DNA from: Puniceicoccales bacterium
Lineage (GTDB): Bacteria > Verrucomicrobiota > Verrucomicrobiia > Opitutales > LL51
Reading direction: 5' to 3'
DNA: 56,252 nt
Assembly (NCBI GenBank): GCA_031255715.1
Contig: JAIRRZ010000009.1
Location: forward strand, 1 to 56,252
How positions within the stretch are numbered: position 1 is the stretch's first letter; each line of letters begins with the position of its first letter. The notes below the pieces were generated by a model. The model made no database searches and was not told the origin of the DNA. It saw only the letters and a program-made list of their open reading frames with translations. The translations under genes and the position numbers were made by a program. Of the stretch, positions 18,639 through 28,504 are shown in pieces.

Positions 18639-19574
18639 CTAATTCATGATGAAATAAAAAGATACAAGATAGAGCATGAACAAAATAAGACCATTAAAAC
18701 GATCGATAGTACGTCTTACTGCTAAAAAGAAGCCCATTATGCTTGTTAAAACTACAAAAAATGGAATCCCAAAAAGACGAAAACGATTCTCGATACGCAA
18801 TGGACAAATACAAGCACTTGTTCCCGCAACAATGAGAATATTAAAAATATTAGAACCAATAATATTGCCAATACAAATGGAACCATATCCGCGAAAAGAA
18901 GCAATCAACGATGTTATAATTTCGGGGAAACTGGTACCTATGGCAATAATTGTAAATCCGACTAAAGAGTCGGACCATTCCATTTTATTTGCAATGGCAA
19001 TACTATAATAAATTACAATTTTTGCTCCAACTAAAAGCAATCCAATTCCCCAAAAAAATGTTCCAAAGGCTCTACCTAGATGAATGTTTTTTGTTATTTT
19101 TTTGACAATTCTATCTTTTTGAGGATACAATGTTCTTCGATCCAATCGACAAACGTAAATGATATACAAAAAACCTAATAAGCAAAGAAGAATTCCTTCA
19201 AAAGCCGTAAGTTCGGAAATAAGGATTAAAATACCAAATATACACGAAATTAAACAAAAAAAAGGAACTTCTTCGATGCGAAAAGGAATATCGAAGGGTT
19301 TAATCAAAGCAACTAATCCACCTGCTAAACCGATATTTACGAGGTTACTACCGATAACGTTACCTAGGACAATTTCCTGATGATTATCTAATGCAGCTAC
19401 GATAGAAGTGATGAGTTCCGGAGCAGATGTGGAAATTGCAACAATAGTCATGCCAATAACAAACTGACTTATATGCAAGCGCATTGCAATGGCACTGGCA
19501 CCACAACAAACGCGATCACCTCCATAAATAAGAAGTAAAAAGCCGACAATAACTAGTATAACAGTAAGGTACAT
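18639..19574 (-). CDS. Ca2+/Na+ antiporter (CaCA / YrbG family)
   Basis: Two alpha-repeat blocks, GMTIVAISTSAPELITSI and GFTIIAIGTSFPEIITSL, each followed by GNVIGSN / GNIIGSN, and about 10 hydrophobic segments. Start set at ATG 19574, because the ORF extension runs into repeat locus D. Confidence 0.8.
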   Translation of the reverse strand: MYLTVILVIVGFLLLIYGGDRVCCGASAIAMRLHISQFVIGMTIVAISTSAPELITSIVAALDNHQEIVLGNVIGSNLVNIGLAGGLVALIKPFDIPFRIEEVPFFCLISCIFGILILISELTAFEGILLCLLGFLYIIYVCRLDRRTLYPQKDRIVKKITKNIHLGRAFGTFFWGIGLLLVGAKIVIYYSIAIANKMEWSDSLVGFTIIAIGTSFPEIITSLIASFRGYGSICIGNIIGSNIFNILIVAGTSACICPLRIENRFRLFGIPFFVVLTSIMGFFLAVRRTIDRFNGLILFMLYLVSFYFIMN

Positions 19575-19654
19575 ACTCCCATTATCCGAATGATGGTAAA
19601 AAATAACGCGCTTGCAACCCTTGATCATAATGAAAAAAATTTTCTCATAGGTTA

Positions 19655-19784
19655 GCCGCACAGGTCAACCAGAGGGCTCCGCCTATGGAGCTCTGCCCCA
19701 TACCCCGCAAGGAGTCTGGACTCCTTGACCTCGGTACGCGGCCAAACCATGCGAAGCTTTCGCATGATTTGGCCGTATAGGTCA
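19655..19784. repeat. GC-rich palindromic element, locus D (P1-tail fragment / P6 half / P8 / P7 / P1)
   Basis: gccgcacaggtc, cagagggctccgcc, tatggagctctgccccatacc, caaggagt-ctgg-actccttg, ggccaaaccatgcgaag-c-tttcgcatgatttggcc (19740-19774), then gtataggtca + T run + taattaaata as at the other P1 copies. Confidence 0.9.
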
Positions 19785-19829
19785 TTTTTTTAATTAAATA
19801 TCTTACGAGGAATCTTCAAATAATTATTT

Positions 19830-22289
19830 TCAACATTTTTTCCTTTCTCGCGGAGCAAATTCGAAACCAATCTTGCCTTCCGCGTTAAGGGTTAAAAAAG
19901 CAGCAAAAATTCGACCAGTACGTTTGGAACAAAAATTTTCTAATAAATCACTTTTTCCTTCCTCGAGTAATTTCTTAGCCTGAACTTCATCTATGCGTTG
20001 TTCCAAAATACGTTTCCCAAGTCGTAGTGGACATTTTTTTTCATTGACAAAATTCTCGCAAATATAAGCGCTTTCGGTCATGTACACATTACTACCGCAG
20101 CAACAACACTTGCCAAGGAAGGAATAAGTTTTCAATTTTTCCAAAGTTAATTCTTCATCGGATTCAAATTCACGACTATTGGGAAAAGAAAATTTGATTC
20201 CATTATTTTCATCCAAAACTAATTTTGCTGCATACACTTTTCCGATCTTTGAGCGGAACCCTTCGATCGGACCTAACTCGCCATTTTTTAGTAAAATCTC
20301 AAACTCTTCCTCGAGCATACGCCGCCCAGAAACTACCTTATTTAATGTCATTTTTCCATCCTGAGATTTGTAATTTTTCCAATATTCCCACATCGGCAAC
20401 CTATCCGTCGGTGAAATTAAATTTGATAGTTTTCCGTGCTGGTCGGTTTCATTAAAATTCTTAATTTTATCCACAATTTCGCAAGTTAATTCCCTAATAC
20501 CTTCCATGAACATAAAACGATCTAGCTGTCCCTGTTCCATCTGGCGCAATTTATATTCCCACTCTCCAGTCATGGTCGGATTTGATAGGGTCTGCACATT
20601 GACCACATCTAGATATTCAAACAGTCCTTCGGCTTTCGATGTCGGAATTAATTCGCGCTTACTACGTTCCATGTAATTGAGGTCGATAAGATGCTCAATA
20701 ATTTGAGCCCGCGTTGCCGGAGTACCCAGGCCGCGTTCCTTCATCGCCAGCGCCAATTCCTCATCTTCAAGCATTTTTCCCGCAGTTTCCATCATGGATA
20801 ACAACGTTGCTTCGGTGTATCTCGGTGCAGGTTTCGTCAATTCCTCGATTTTTTCCACATGGACAATGGTGGCTTTTGCAGGGTCGCCATCTTTTTCTAC
20901 ATCGAGGGCAGGGATAATTGTATTTTCCTCCGTATCTAAAGTTTTTCCGTACACCGCAAGCCAACCCGGTTTGGTTAGGACCTTCCCTTCTGTCAAGAAT
21001 TCGTATTCATCGACCTTAGAAATGCGTGTGGTAACATCAAATTCTGCGGCAGGATAAAAAATTGCTAGAAAACGGCGCACGATCATCGTATAAATTTTAT
21101 TTTCATCATCACTTAATTGATTTGTAAATTTCGTAGTTGGAATGATGGCAAAGTGATCGCTGATCTGTTTGTTGTCAAAAATTTTTTTATTCGATCCATC
21201 AATCCAATTTTGATTTAGAATTTCTTGAGCAAATTTCGTAAATTCTCCTCCTAAAACACCCATTACACTTTTACAAGTATCAGGATAATCTTCAGGTAAA
21301 ACATTGGAATCGGTTCGTGGATAGGTAACACATTTGTGCTTCTCATAGAGTGATTGGGCAATTTTGAGTGTCATACCAGCCGGCATTCCATATTTCGTAT
21401 TGGCTTCCCGTTGAAGCATCGTGAGATCGTAAAGTCTAGGTGCACTTTGTTTGCTTTTTCTTTTCTTTTCGGTAACTATGGCGATATTCCTACCATTTAT
21501 TATGGATACAATTTGATCTGCCAGGTCTAAATTAAAAATGCGGTCAACGCGATCCGTATCGTCTACTTTCTTGAAACTTGCTTGCTGATAGGTTCCTTTG
21601 TAATTGCCATTGGTTACAGCAAACTCTGTAATTATGCGAACATAGGGCTTCGGTTTAAAATGGCGAATTTCATGTTCCCGCTTGAGCAACATCGACAAGG
21701 TGGGAGTTTGAACGCGACCGATCGTCGCCACCCCGCCACTTCGAGACATTTTTGCTGTTACCGCGCGCGTTCCATTAATGCCGATTAGCCAATCTGCTTC
21801 GGAACGACATCGAGCAGCGGATTGCAAATTTTTCATTTCGCTGCTAGGTCGCAAGTTGCGAAACCCTTCGCGAATCGCCTCATGGGTCATTGATGATAGC
21901 CATAGACGCTGTACCGTTTTCTTACATCCAGCTAATTCATAAATATATGTAAAAATAAGTTCTCCTTCCCGTCCCGCATCACAGGCATTAATAATCGTAT
22001 CGATATCTTTGCGTCCCATTAATTTTTTCAATTCTTGAAACTTTGACTTATTTTTAGTAATTGGCTTCGTGTGAAACTCCGTAGGAATAATAGGTAGCGT
22101 ATCGAGGGACCAGCGCTTTAATTTTTCGTCGAAATCCTCTGGCATAAAAAGTTCTACGATGTGGCCCACCGTGGAACTAATTACAAATTCATCATTCTCA
22201 AAAACATTTTCCGTCTTACTAAAATCGCCGATAGTATTCGCAATATCCTGCGCAACACTAGGTTTCTCAGCGATGACTAACTTTTTCAT
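19830..22289 (-). CDS. topB: DNA topoisomerase III (type IA) with C-terminal zinc-ribbon
   Basis: MKKLVIAEKPSVAQDIA (Toprim; IAEKPS is typical of topo III), VTYPRTDS active-site Tyr block, TPATRA, and C-terminal Cys cluster GKCCCCGSNV..YICENF..KCPLRL. Confidence 0.88.
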   Translation of the reverse strand: MKKLVIAEKPSVAQDIANTIGDFSKTENVFENDEFVISSTVGHIVELFMPEDFDEKLKRWSLDTLPIIPTEFHTKPITKNKSKFQELKKLMGRKDIDTIINACDAGREGELIFTYIYELAGCKKTVQRLWLSSMTHEAIREGFRNLRPSSEMKNLQSAARCRSEADWLIGINGTRAVTAKMSRSGGVATIGRVQTPTLSMLLKREHEIRHFKPKPYVRIITEFAVTNGNYKGTYQQASFKKVDDTDRVDRIFNLDLADQIVSIINGRNIAIVTEKKRKSKQSAPRLYDLTMLQREANTKYGMPAGMTLKIAQSLYEKHKCVTYPRTDSNVLPEDYPDTCKSVMGVLGGEFTKFAQEILNQNWIDGSNKKIFDNKQISDHFAIIPTTKFTNQLSDDENKIYTMIVRRFLAIFYPAAEFDVTTRISKVDEYEFLTEGKVLTKPGWLAVYGKTLDTEENTIIPALDVEKDGDPAKATIVHVEKIEELTKPAPRYTEATLLSMMETAGKMLEDEELALAMKERGLGTPATRAQIIEHLIDLNYMERSKRELIPTSKAEGLFEYLDVVNVQTLSNPTMTGEWEYKLRQMEQGQLDRFMFMEGIRELTCEIVDKIKNFNETDQHGKLSNLISPTDRLPMWEYWKNYKSQDGKMTLNKVVSGRRMLEEEFEILLKNGELGPIEGFRSKIGKVYAAKLVLDENNGIKFSFPNSREFESDEELTLEKLKTYSFLGKCCCCGSNVYMTESAYICENFVNEKKCPLRLGKRILEQRIDEVQAKKLLEEGKSDLLENFCSKRTGRIFAAFLTLNAEGKIGFEFAPRERKKC

Positions 22290-22454
22290 TGAGTCTGCAC
22301 ATAATAATCAGATCCGCATTTTGCAATCCATAAATTATAAAACATCAGCAAAAAGCAACATCCGAGAGTTTCAGGATTTCCACCCTACATGGTAACTTTG
22401 GGAAATTCAGTGGTGTTTTCTGATAATAAATTATAAAAGGAAAAGAACTCTGAA

Positions 22455-22949
22455 CTACCTTCTATTTCCTCTCCAAGAAGTAAGACGTGGGATCCAACGT
22501 GGGACATTATATTTATAAATACGATAATCATCTCCAAAACGCTTTTCCAAATCTTTTTCTTCAAAAAAAGGGAAATAAAGCATATTACCCAATAGAAATA
22601 ATCCAAACAGTCCAAACATAATCCATGAATTAAAAAGTAGGGCTTCAGCGATCTGCATCATAAACACACTTGTAATCATTGGATTTCGGACATGAGCATA
22701 GGGACCTTCGGTAACGAGTTTCCTAGGAGGATTCCAAGGAGCGGCCGTACCCTCTCCCCTATGAGCGAAAAGCCACATGGTCCAGACTGCTAATAACAGT
22801 CCTGCGATAAGGAAGATATAGCCTAAAATCACCAAGAAAAAGTAATTAGACCTATGGGTATAACCTGTAAAATAGAGGACACATGCAGGAATGGTTAACA
22901 AAACATTAACTGGCAATATAGCAATTGTCTTTATCCATTCTAAAATCAT
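22455..22949 (-). CDS. Isoprenylcysteine carboxyl / phospholipid methyltransferase-family membrane protein
   Basis: Four hydrophobic segments, LVTEGPYAHVRNPMITSVFM and EEKDLEKRFGDDYRIYKYNVPRWIP, which are ICMT/PEMT-family hallmarks. Confidence 0.75.
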   Translation of the reverse strand: MILEWIKTIAILPVNVLLTIPACVLYFTGYTHRSNYFFLVILGYIFLIAGLLLAVWTMWLFAHRGEGTAAPWNPPRKLVTEGPYAHVRNPMITSVFMMQIAEALLFNSWIMFGLFGLFLLGNMLYFPFFEEKDLEKRFGDDYRIYKYNVPRWIPRLTSWRGNRR

Positions 22950-23660
22950 CTCAAAACAACTAAAAATATTTCTGGAACATTTTTGAAGTAAGTCAACCGT
23001 TTAATAATGTTATTATGTCAAAAGGCATCTACCATTTCAAGCCCAAAGGGTATTGAAAAATTCAAAATTCTGGCCTTAGAAGACTCAGTCGCATTATCAA
23101 ATGGTTTTATGAGAATAATTTTCTGAATCTAGTAAGCTATGGAATGCATGGTAGTGGAGTAATGTACAGCAACACCGCATAGGCAATGGAAAATTGCCAT
23201 TTTAAATTGGCCTGAGGTCGATGGAACATAAAAGTTACAAACGTGCCGTTTGCTCCCACCCTCTACCTTTAGTTTCAGAAACAAGCCTACTGTTGTCAAC
23301 ATATTTTCAAAATACTTACGTTTCTCATTTTCCGGAATAAAAAGACTTTAAATTTCGGAGAACATATTCCTGATTGGCATAGATAGCAGTAGAAAACGAC
23401 GAAAATTTAACTTTAACGCACCGCTTACTCCCTTTCTTTGTCTTCCAGTCTTGGAAGTCCAAAGGGCTAGAACTTTTTGGCAATAGGTAGCTGTATGCTT
23501 TTAGAATCTCTGCCAATGGTCTCCCTTGGACCTAGATTGCGGCCTTACCACGGCGTAATCGGCAGGTCTATTAAATGGAGAAAAAAACAATATTTTTCAT
23601 AAAGCTTCACTATATGATTACCTTGACAAAATTGTTGAAGTTTCAATTTTTGAGAAAGAG

Positions 23661-23745
23661 GTTTAGGTGGTGGAATTGGTAGACACGCTGTCTTCAGGCG
23701 GCAGTGCCGAAAGGCATAGGGGTTCGAGTCCCCTTCTAAACACCA
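23661..23745 (+). tRNA. tRNA-Leu (anticodon CAG), CCA encoded
   Basis: Acceptor gtttagg/tctaaac (one G-U), anticodon stem ctgtc/ggcag with loop ttCAGgc, long variable arm tgcc-gaaa-ggca, T arm agggg-ttcgagt-cccct, discriminator a + cca. Confidence 0.93.
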
Positions 23746-23757
23746 AATTTTATTTGT

Positions 23758-24387
23758 ATGAACACAGAAAATTCTAATGAAGATTTAAATGATATATTTA
23801 AATCCTCCAATTTAGGTGACAAAATATGGCTATTTTTTTCGAAGTATTCACGTATATTAGTGTCGATAGCAATAGTTGTCGGTTTAATTTTGCTCCTTAC
23901 ACTTATCATTATTACTGGTCGAAGTATCTGTAAGCGATCGATGAAGGCAGCATATTGGCAGGCAGTTCAATCGGAAAATAAGGAATGTTTTGCACAGAAA
24001 TATGTTTCCAATCCATTGGGCGGAAGCATTTATCTGGAATTAGGCGATAAGGCCTATAAGGAAAAAGAATATGAAAAGGCAGCCAAATACTACCATCTCG
24101 CACGTATTGGTTTAGGCAAAAGTATTTTTGGCGGACGGGCAGCAATAGGAGAAAGTATTTCGCAGATGCATGCAGGTTTTATTCAAGAAGGAGAGGAAGG
24201 ATTGAAAAAAATTATGGAAGAGTCATATCCGTCCCATGTTATTGTGTATGCTATGTATCTTTGGGCAATAAATTTAATGTCAAAGGGAGAACGGCGGCAC
24301 GTACGGGAGTGGCTAAATAAGATTATGAATGGTGATTTCATACAGCCAATGAAGGAGCAAGCACAAAAATTATTTTGTCAGATATAA
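23758..24387 (+). CDS. Membrane-anchored TPR-like protein (YfgM-like?)
   Basis: A single TM (ILVSIAIVVGLILLLTLIIITG) followed by a helical-repeat region (YLELGDKAYKEKEYEKAAKYYHLA). Assignment is tentative. Confidence 0.45.
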   Translation: MNTENSNEDLNDIFKSSNLGDKIWLFFSKYSRILVSIAIVVGLILLLTLIIITGRSICKRSMKAAYWQAVQSENKECFAQKYVSNPLGGSIYLELGDKAYKEKEYEKAAKYYHLARIGLGKSIFGGRAAIGESISQMHAGFIQEGEEGLKKIMEESYPSHVIVYAMYLWAINLMSKGERRHVREWLNKIMNGDFIQPMKEQAQKLFCQI

Positions 24388-24390
24388 TAT

Positions 24391-25479
24391 ATGAGTATTA
24401 AATTGATCTATGCTTCGCCGGATCAAGATGCGAATTTGCTTTATTGGAGTGGAATGTTTACATGTGATCCTTTTTTAGCCTTTGAAGTTGAAGGGCAATG
24501 TTATGCAATTTCCAATGTTTTAGAAATCGATGAAATGCGGCGCAATTCCAAGTTCGATGAGATTCTTTTGCCTCAAGATTTAGTGGATCAGGAAAATCAG
24601 CGAATTATAGACCTCATTCAGCGCATCCTTGAAAAATTTCCACGGCATGATCTTGTTTTGCCTAAAAATTTTCCAGCATATTTGGTTCTAGAACTACAGG
24701 AACAAGGTATTAAATTTTCCGTGATTAGGGATGAATTTTTACCCGAGCGTTCCATAAAATCTCCTACGGAAATTACTCAAATTAGGGAAGCTTGTGCCAT
24801 TATTTCTGAGGCCTTTGGGCGAGTGCGTTCTATTTTAGCGGAATCAGAAATCCGCAATGAATTTTTGTATTATGGCGGTGAAATGGTCACTTCGGAATCG
24901 GTATGTGCAGAAATTGCCCGCATCTGCTTTGAACGGGATGCCATTGCCATGGAAACAATCGTTGCCTGCGGTAAAGACGCTGCCTTCCCACACAATCGCG
25001 GAAAAGGTCCACTTAAAGCTAATGAATTTATAGTCGTCGATATTTTTCCACGTCTAATCAAAACTGGTTACTACGGTGATATGACGCGCACATTTCTCAA
25101 AGGCCGACCTTTGGAAGCGCAGGTCAAAATGTACAATGCCGTTAGAACCGTGCAAAGTCTGGCGATTGAGCAAATTCATGCAGGAAAAAATGCTACGGAA
25201 ATTCACGAAAATAATATAAAAGCATTTATGAAATTGGGCTACCCTTCCACCGATTCGACGGGATTTTTTCACAGTACGGGTCACGGCGTTGGCCTAGAGT
25301 TACATGAAAATCCATCCATTGGGGAACGAAATCATTGCCTACAAAATGGCGAAGTAGTAACCGTAGAACCTGGACTTTATTACCCTGAAATCGGTGGGGT
25401 ACGCATTGAAGATGTGGTTGTTGTTGCTGAGAGCAGCGCGGAATTATTGTCAAATTTTTCTTACGAATGGGTGGTATAA
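24391..25479 (+). CDS. Xaa-Pro aminopeptidase/dipeptidase (peptidase M24B)
   Basis: Metal-ligand blocks VVDIFP..YYGDMTRT, HSTGHGVGLELHE, VVTVEPGLYYPEIGGVRIEDVVVV. Confidence 0.88.
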   Translation: MSIKLIYASPDQDANLLYWSGMFTCDPFLAFEVEGQCYAISNVLEIDEMRRNSKFDEILLPQDLVDQENQRIIDLIQRILEKFPRHDLVLPKNFPAYLVLELQEQGIKFSVIRDEFLPERSIKSPTEITQIREACAIISEAFGRVRSILAESEIRNEFLYYGGEMVTSESVCAEIARICFERDAIAMETIVACGKDAAFPHNRGKGPLKANEFIVVDIFPRLIKTGYYGDMTRTFLKGRPLEAQVKMYNAVRTVQSLAIEQIHAGKNATEIHENNIKAFMKLGYPSTDSTGFFHSTGHGVGLELHENPSIGERNHCLQNGEVVTVEPGLYYPEIGGVRIEDVVVVAESSAELLSNFSYEWVV

Positions 25480-26747
25480 TGTTTTTTAAAAAAGATAAAA
25501 TCAAAGAAACGGCAAAATATTTGCTAAATGTTGCAAAAAGAATCGAAAACTATCGCAAGGATGTTTTAACAAAAGCGCAATCGGACATCCTATTCCAGGC
25601 GCGAATGCAGGTCCAAAAAGCATTAACTTTGCCACGGGCTGAAGCGTATAAAAGCTTTGAGGACATCGATCGATCCTTGAAATCCATTGGTGGCACGATC
25701 TATCCGCTAACGGGGCTCGTCGAAAATGCGGAAGTTTTTCTATTCGCAGCGATTTTAGCACTTGCTATACGCACATTTTTTTTTCAGCCCTTTCGCATTC
25801 CTACAAACTCTATGTGGCCAACCTACGCTGGTATGACGTTTGAACTAAATAAAGGACGGAGAAACATTTTCGAAAAAATGAAGCGTTGGATGTTTTTAGG
25901 CGCATCTAATTTCAATGCTCAGGCCAATGATAGTGGTACGCTACAGATTCCGATAGCACAAAGCCATGACAAAACTGGTCCATACGGGGGTATTCTTTAC
26001 TACAAGGTTGTCAATGGGCGAAAATTTTTTGGTTTACTTTCGTGTCAGGAAAGGGAATACACATTTGTCGTTGGAGGACGCCATACGACGCTACGCATGC
26101 CCTTAGAATTTTCTTTCGATGATGTTGTTTTGGCAACGCTATTTCCCAAAGAAAAATCTTGGAAGGAAGTGTTAGATCATCGCCCTTCCATGCGTTTTAA
26201 ACAACTCAAAATTAATAAAGATGGGCACGAAGATCGAATAAATTACTTCGATACGGGTATTCAAAAATCAACGGGTGAAGACATTTTTAACTTTGATATT
26301 CTATCGGGGGATATGCTATTTGTCGATCGATTGAGTTATCATTTTTCCTTGCCTAAAATTGGTGATCCCTTCGTTTTTCGCACGCGCAATATTAAAGAAT
26401 TGCGCTATGATGATAAATATTATATCAAGCGGTTGGTAGGATTACCGGGCGATGTCTTGCAGGTTGAAAATTCGACACTATATCGCAACAGCGTTCCCAT
26501 TGAGGGTGCGGAAGCCTTCGAGCTGAATCGTAAACAAGTCGACCAATACCCTGGGTACACAAATGTGGGGCTATTGGAGCGAGATTATGAAGTTGAAATC
26601 CCGGAAAATCACTATTTTGCAATGGGCGACAATTCGCCTTATAGCTATGATAGTCGTAGCTGGGGATTCGTACCGAACCAGGAAGTCATTGGAAGAGCCA
26701 TTTTCATTTTATATCCCTTTACCCGTCGCTGGGGATGCTCGAAGTAA
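25479..26747 (+). CDS. lepB: Signal peptidase I with enlarged insertion between boxes B and C
   Basis: IPTNSMWPTY (catalytic Ser), GDMLFVDRLSY, YIKRLVGLPGD (catalytic Lys), GDNSPYSYDSRSWGFVP. Start set at the TAATG overlap with the upstream peptidase gene. Confidence 0.85.
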   Translation: MFFKKDKIKETAKYLLNVAKRIENYRKDVLTKAQSDILFQARMQVQKALTLPRAEAYKSFEDIDRSLKSIGGTIYPLTGLVENAEVFLFAAILALAIRTFFFQPFRIPTNSMWPTYAGMTFELNKGRRNIFEKMKRWMFLGASNFNAQANDSGTLQIPIAQSHDKTGPYGGILYYKVVNGRKFFGLLSCQEREYTFVVGGRHTTLRMPLEFSFDDVVLATLFPKEKSWKEVLDHRPSMRFKQLKINKDGHEDRINYFDTGIQKSTGEDIFNFDILSGDMLFVDRLSYHFSLPKIGDPFVFRTRNIKELRYDDKYYIKRLVGLPGDVLQVENSTLYRNSVPIEGAEAFELNRKQVDQYPGYTNVGLLERDYEVEIPENHYFAMGDNSPYSYDSRSWGFVPNQEVIGRAIFILYPFTRRWGCSK

Positions 26748-26755
26748 ACTTTAGG

Positions 26756-27499
26756 ATGCGTTGGCGCTGCGAATGTCAATATGATGGAACAAATTTTTGT
26801 GGCTGGCAAAGCCAGCCCAATGGCAATACAATTCAAGATTTTATCGAAAAACGCCTAGCGATTATTTTTGGAAAGAAAATTCGCATCCATGGCAGTGGAC
26901 GTACGGATGCCGGTGTACATGCACGGAGGCAAATTTTTCATTTCGATGGAGATTGGTTTCATGGTCCTACCAAATTACTCCGTGCCTTTCATTCTGGATT
27001 GCCAGCTGAAATTCAAATAACAGCAGTAGAGGAAGCTTATACCACTTTCCATGCGCAATATTCCGCAAAAAAAAAGCGCTATATCTATCAAATTTACTTA
27101 GGCTACGCCTCTCCCTTTGAAAGGCGTTACAGGTGGTCAGTGGGAGAGCGGATTATTGATTTAAAAAAAATGAATAATTTGGCAAATTGTTTTTTAGGAA
27201 AACACGATTTTTCGGCATTTGGAGCACTTCGCGGCGATGGATCCAAGGATGATCCCGTAAAAAATTTATATCAATTGTCATTTTCTCTAAAAGATCGCAA
27301 CCTAATACTTGAAACGGAGGGCAGTGGTTATTTATACAAAATGGTGCGGACGCTGACTGCAACCATATTAGATGTCGGATTAGGACGAACCAATGCAGAT
27401 TATGTGTGGGAGTGTTTTCATCAAAGAATTCGCCGCGAAAAAATTGTTACAGCCCCTCCCCAAGGATTATTTTTAGACAAGGTTTTTTACTCGGTATAG
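26756..27499 (+). CDS. truA: tRNA pseudouridine(38-40) synthase
   Basis: YDGTNFCGWQSQPN, IHGSGRTDAGVHA (catalytic Asp), YLYKMVRTL. ATG at 26756 lies 8 nt after the lepB stop (alternative start 26735). Confidence 0.9.
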   Translation: MRWRCECQYDGTNFCGWQSQPNGNTIQDFIEKRLAIIFGKKIRIHGSGRTDAGVHARRQIFHFDGDWFHGPTKLLRAFHSGLPAEIQITAVEEAYTTFHAQYSAKKKRYIYQIYLGYASPFERRYRWSVGERIIDLKKMNNLANCFLGKHDFSAFGALRGDGSKDDPVKNLYQLSFSLKDRNLILETEGSGYLYKMVRTLTATILDVGLGRTNADYVWECFHQRIRREKIVTAPPQGLFLDKVFYSV

Positions 27500-27586
27500 A
27501 TTTTTAGAAAAAACTGAGAAAACTTTATGCCCTATTGGGGAACCGCATTCGCCCCCTGGGCTCCCTGAACTAACAAATTCTTACTT

Positions 27587-28447
27587 TTATAAAAAATATT
27601 GCCTTTGCTTTTCCGAAATGGTTAGACCAACTCTTTCCATTACCTTCAGCATATCTTCCCAAACGACGCGTTTCATTGAATTCGTTCCATTGCGGAGAAG
27701 ATAGGAGGGATGAAATGTAATCATCAGCGGAATGCCGTAAAATTCATGCCATTTTCCGCGTACGATCGACATTTTTCGACTTTTATCATAGCCCAGTAGT
27801 CCGCTCACAGCTGTTGCTCCCAATGCCGCAATAACATTTGGTTTAACAATTTCGACTTGCTCAACCAAATAGGGCAAGCAAAACTGCATTTCCTCCTGTG
27901 TAGGAGGTCGATTGCCAATTTCGCCGTCCATTTCAGGACGCCAATTCATAATATTACTGATGTAAACCTCATCCCGAGAAAGCCCCATTGCTTCGATAAT
28001 TTTTGTCAGCAGCTGACCTGCTCGACCGACGAAGGGTATACCTTGGGTTTCTTCATCGGCACCGGGAGCTTCACCGCAAAAGAAAATTTTTGCATCCAAA
28101 TTTCCGACACCAAACACTAAATTTTTTCCTGGGCGAACATGTTTTTTTAAATCTTCATTATTGAAAACACGCTTGCGTAAATCCTCCCAGTGATCCTGTT
28201 TAGTGACAAAAACACTCGGCGATTTGCATATCGGAACGATAGTTTGCAATTTTTCACTAGGACATACTGCCGGCGGCATGTCTTGTATTAGATTTTGAAT
28301 GAGAGGAGATTGCTGCGTGATTTTTTGGATAACAAGCGGATTATTTTCTAGAAACGAGAAATTCTCCGCACCAATAGGAACTGTTGTTTGGCCATGATTT
28401 CTAAGGTCTTTCAAAACTTCAATCAACATATTTATGGGGTGAATCAT
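27587..28447 (-). CDS. Uracil-DNA glycosylase, family 4, with ~100-aa N-terminal extension
   Basis: FFCGEAPGADEE..GIPFVGRAGQLL, YISNIMNWRP, ITFHPSYLLRN. Confidence 0.85.
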   Translation of the reverse strand: MIHPINMLIEVLKDLRNHGQTTVPIGAENFSFLENNPLVIQKITQQSPLIQNLIQDMPPAVCPSEKLQTIVPICKSPSVFVTKQDHWEDLRKRVFNNEDLKKHVRPGKNLVFGVGNLDAKIFFCGEAPGADEETQGIPFVGRAGQLLTKIIEAMGLSRDEVYISNIMNWRPEMDGEIGNRPPTQEEMQFCLPYLVEQVEIVKPNVIAALGATAVSGLLGYDKSRKMSIVRGKWHEFYGIPLMITFHPSYLLRNGTNSMKRVVWEDMLKVMERVGLTISEKQRQYFL

Positions 28448-28504
28448 ACAGAAGGGAATAGGGTAAAAATTGGAACTGTAAATGCATTTTATGCGTTACA
28501 ATCG

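Noticed and set aside
19830-22289. Topoisomerase I (topA)
   Set aside because: The N-terminal LVIAEKPS motif and overall block pattern are topo III-like. TopA typically has IVESP.KA.
22950-23660. RNase P RNA, tmRNA, SRP RNA or 6S RNA in the long intergenic region
   Set aside because: Partial resemblances (ggaagtcc, gcaaacggc, actccac) are in the wrong order and spacing for RNase P. No tRNA-like tmRNA ends and no SRP GGAA-tetraloop helix were found. The region is left as an unassigned low-interest observation.
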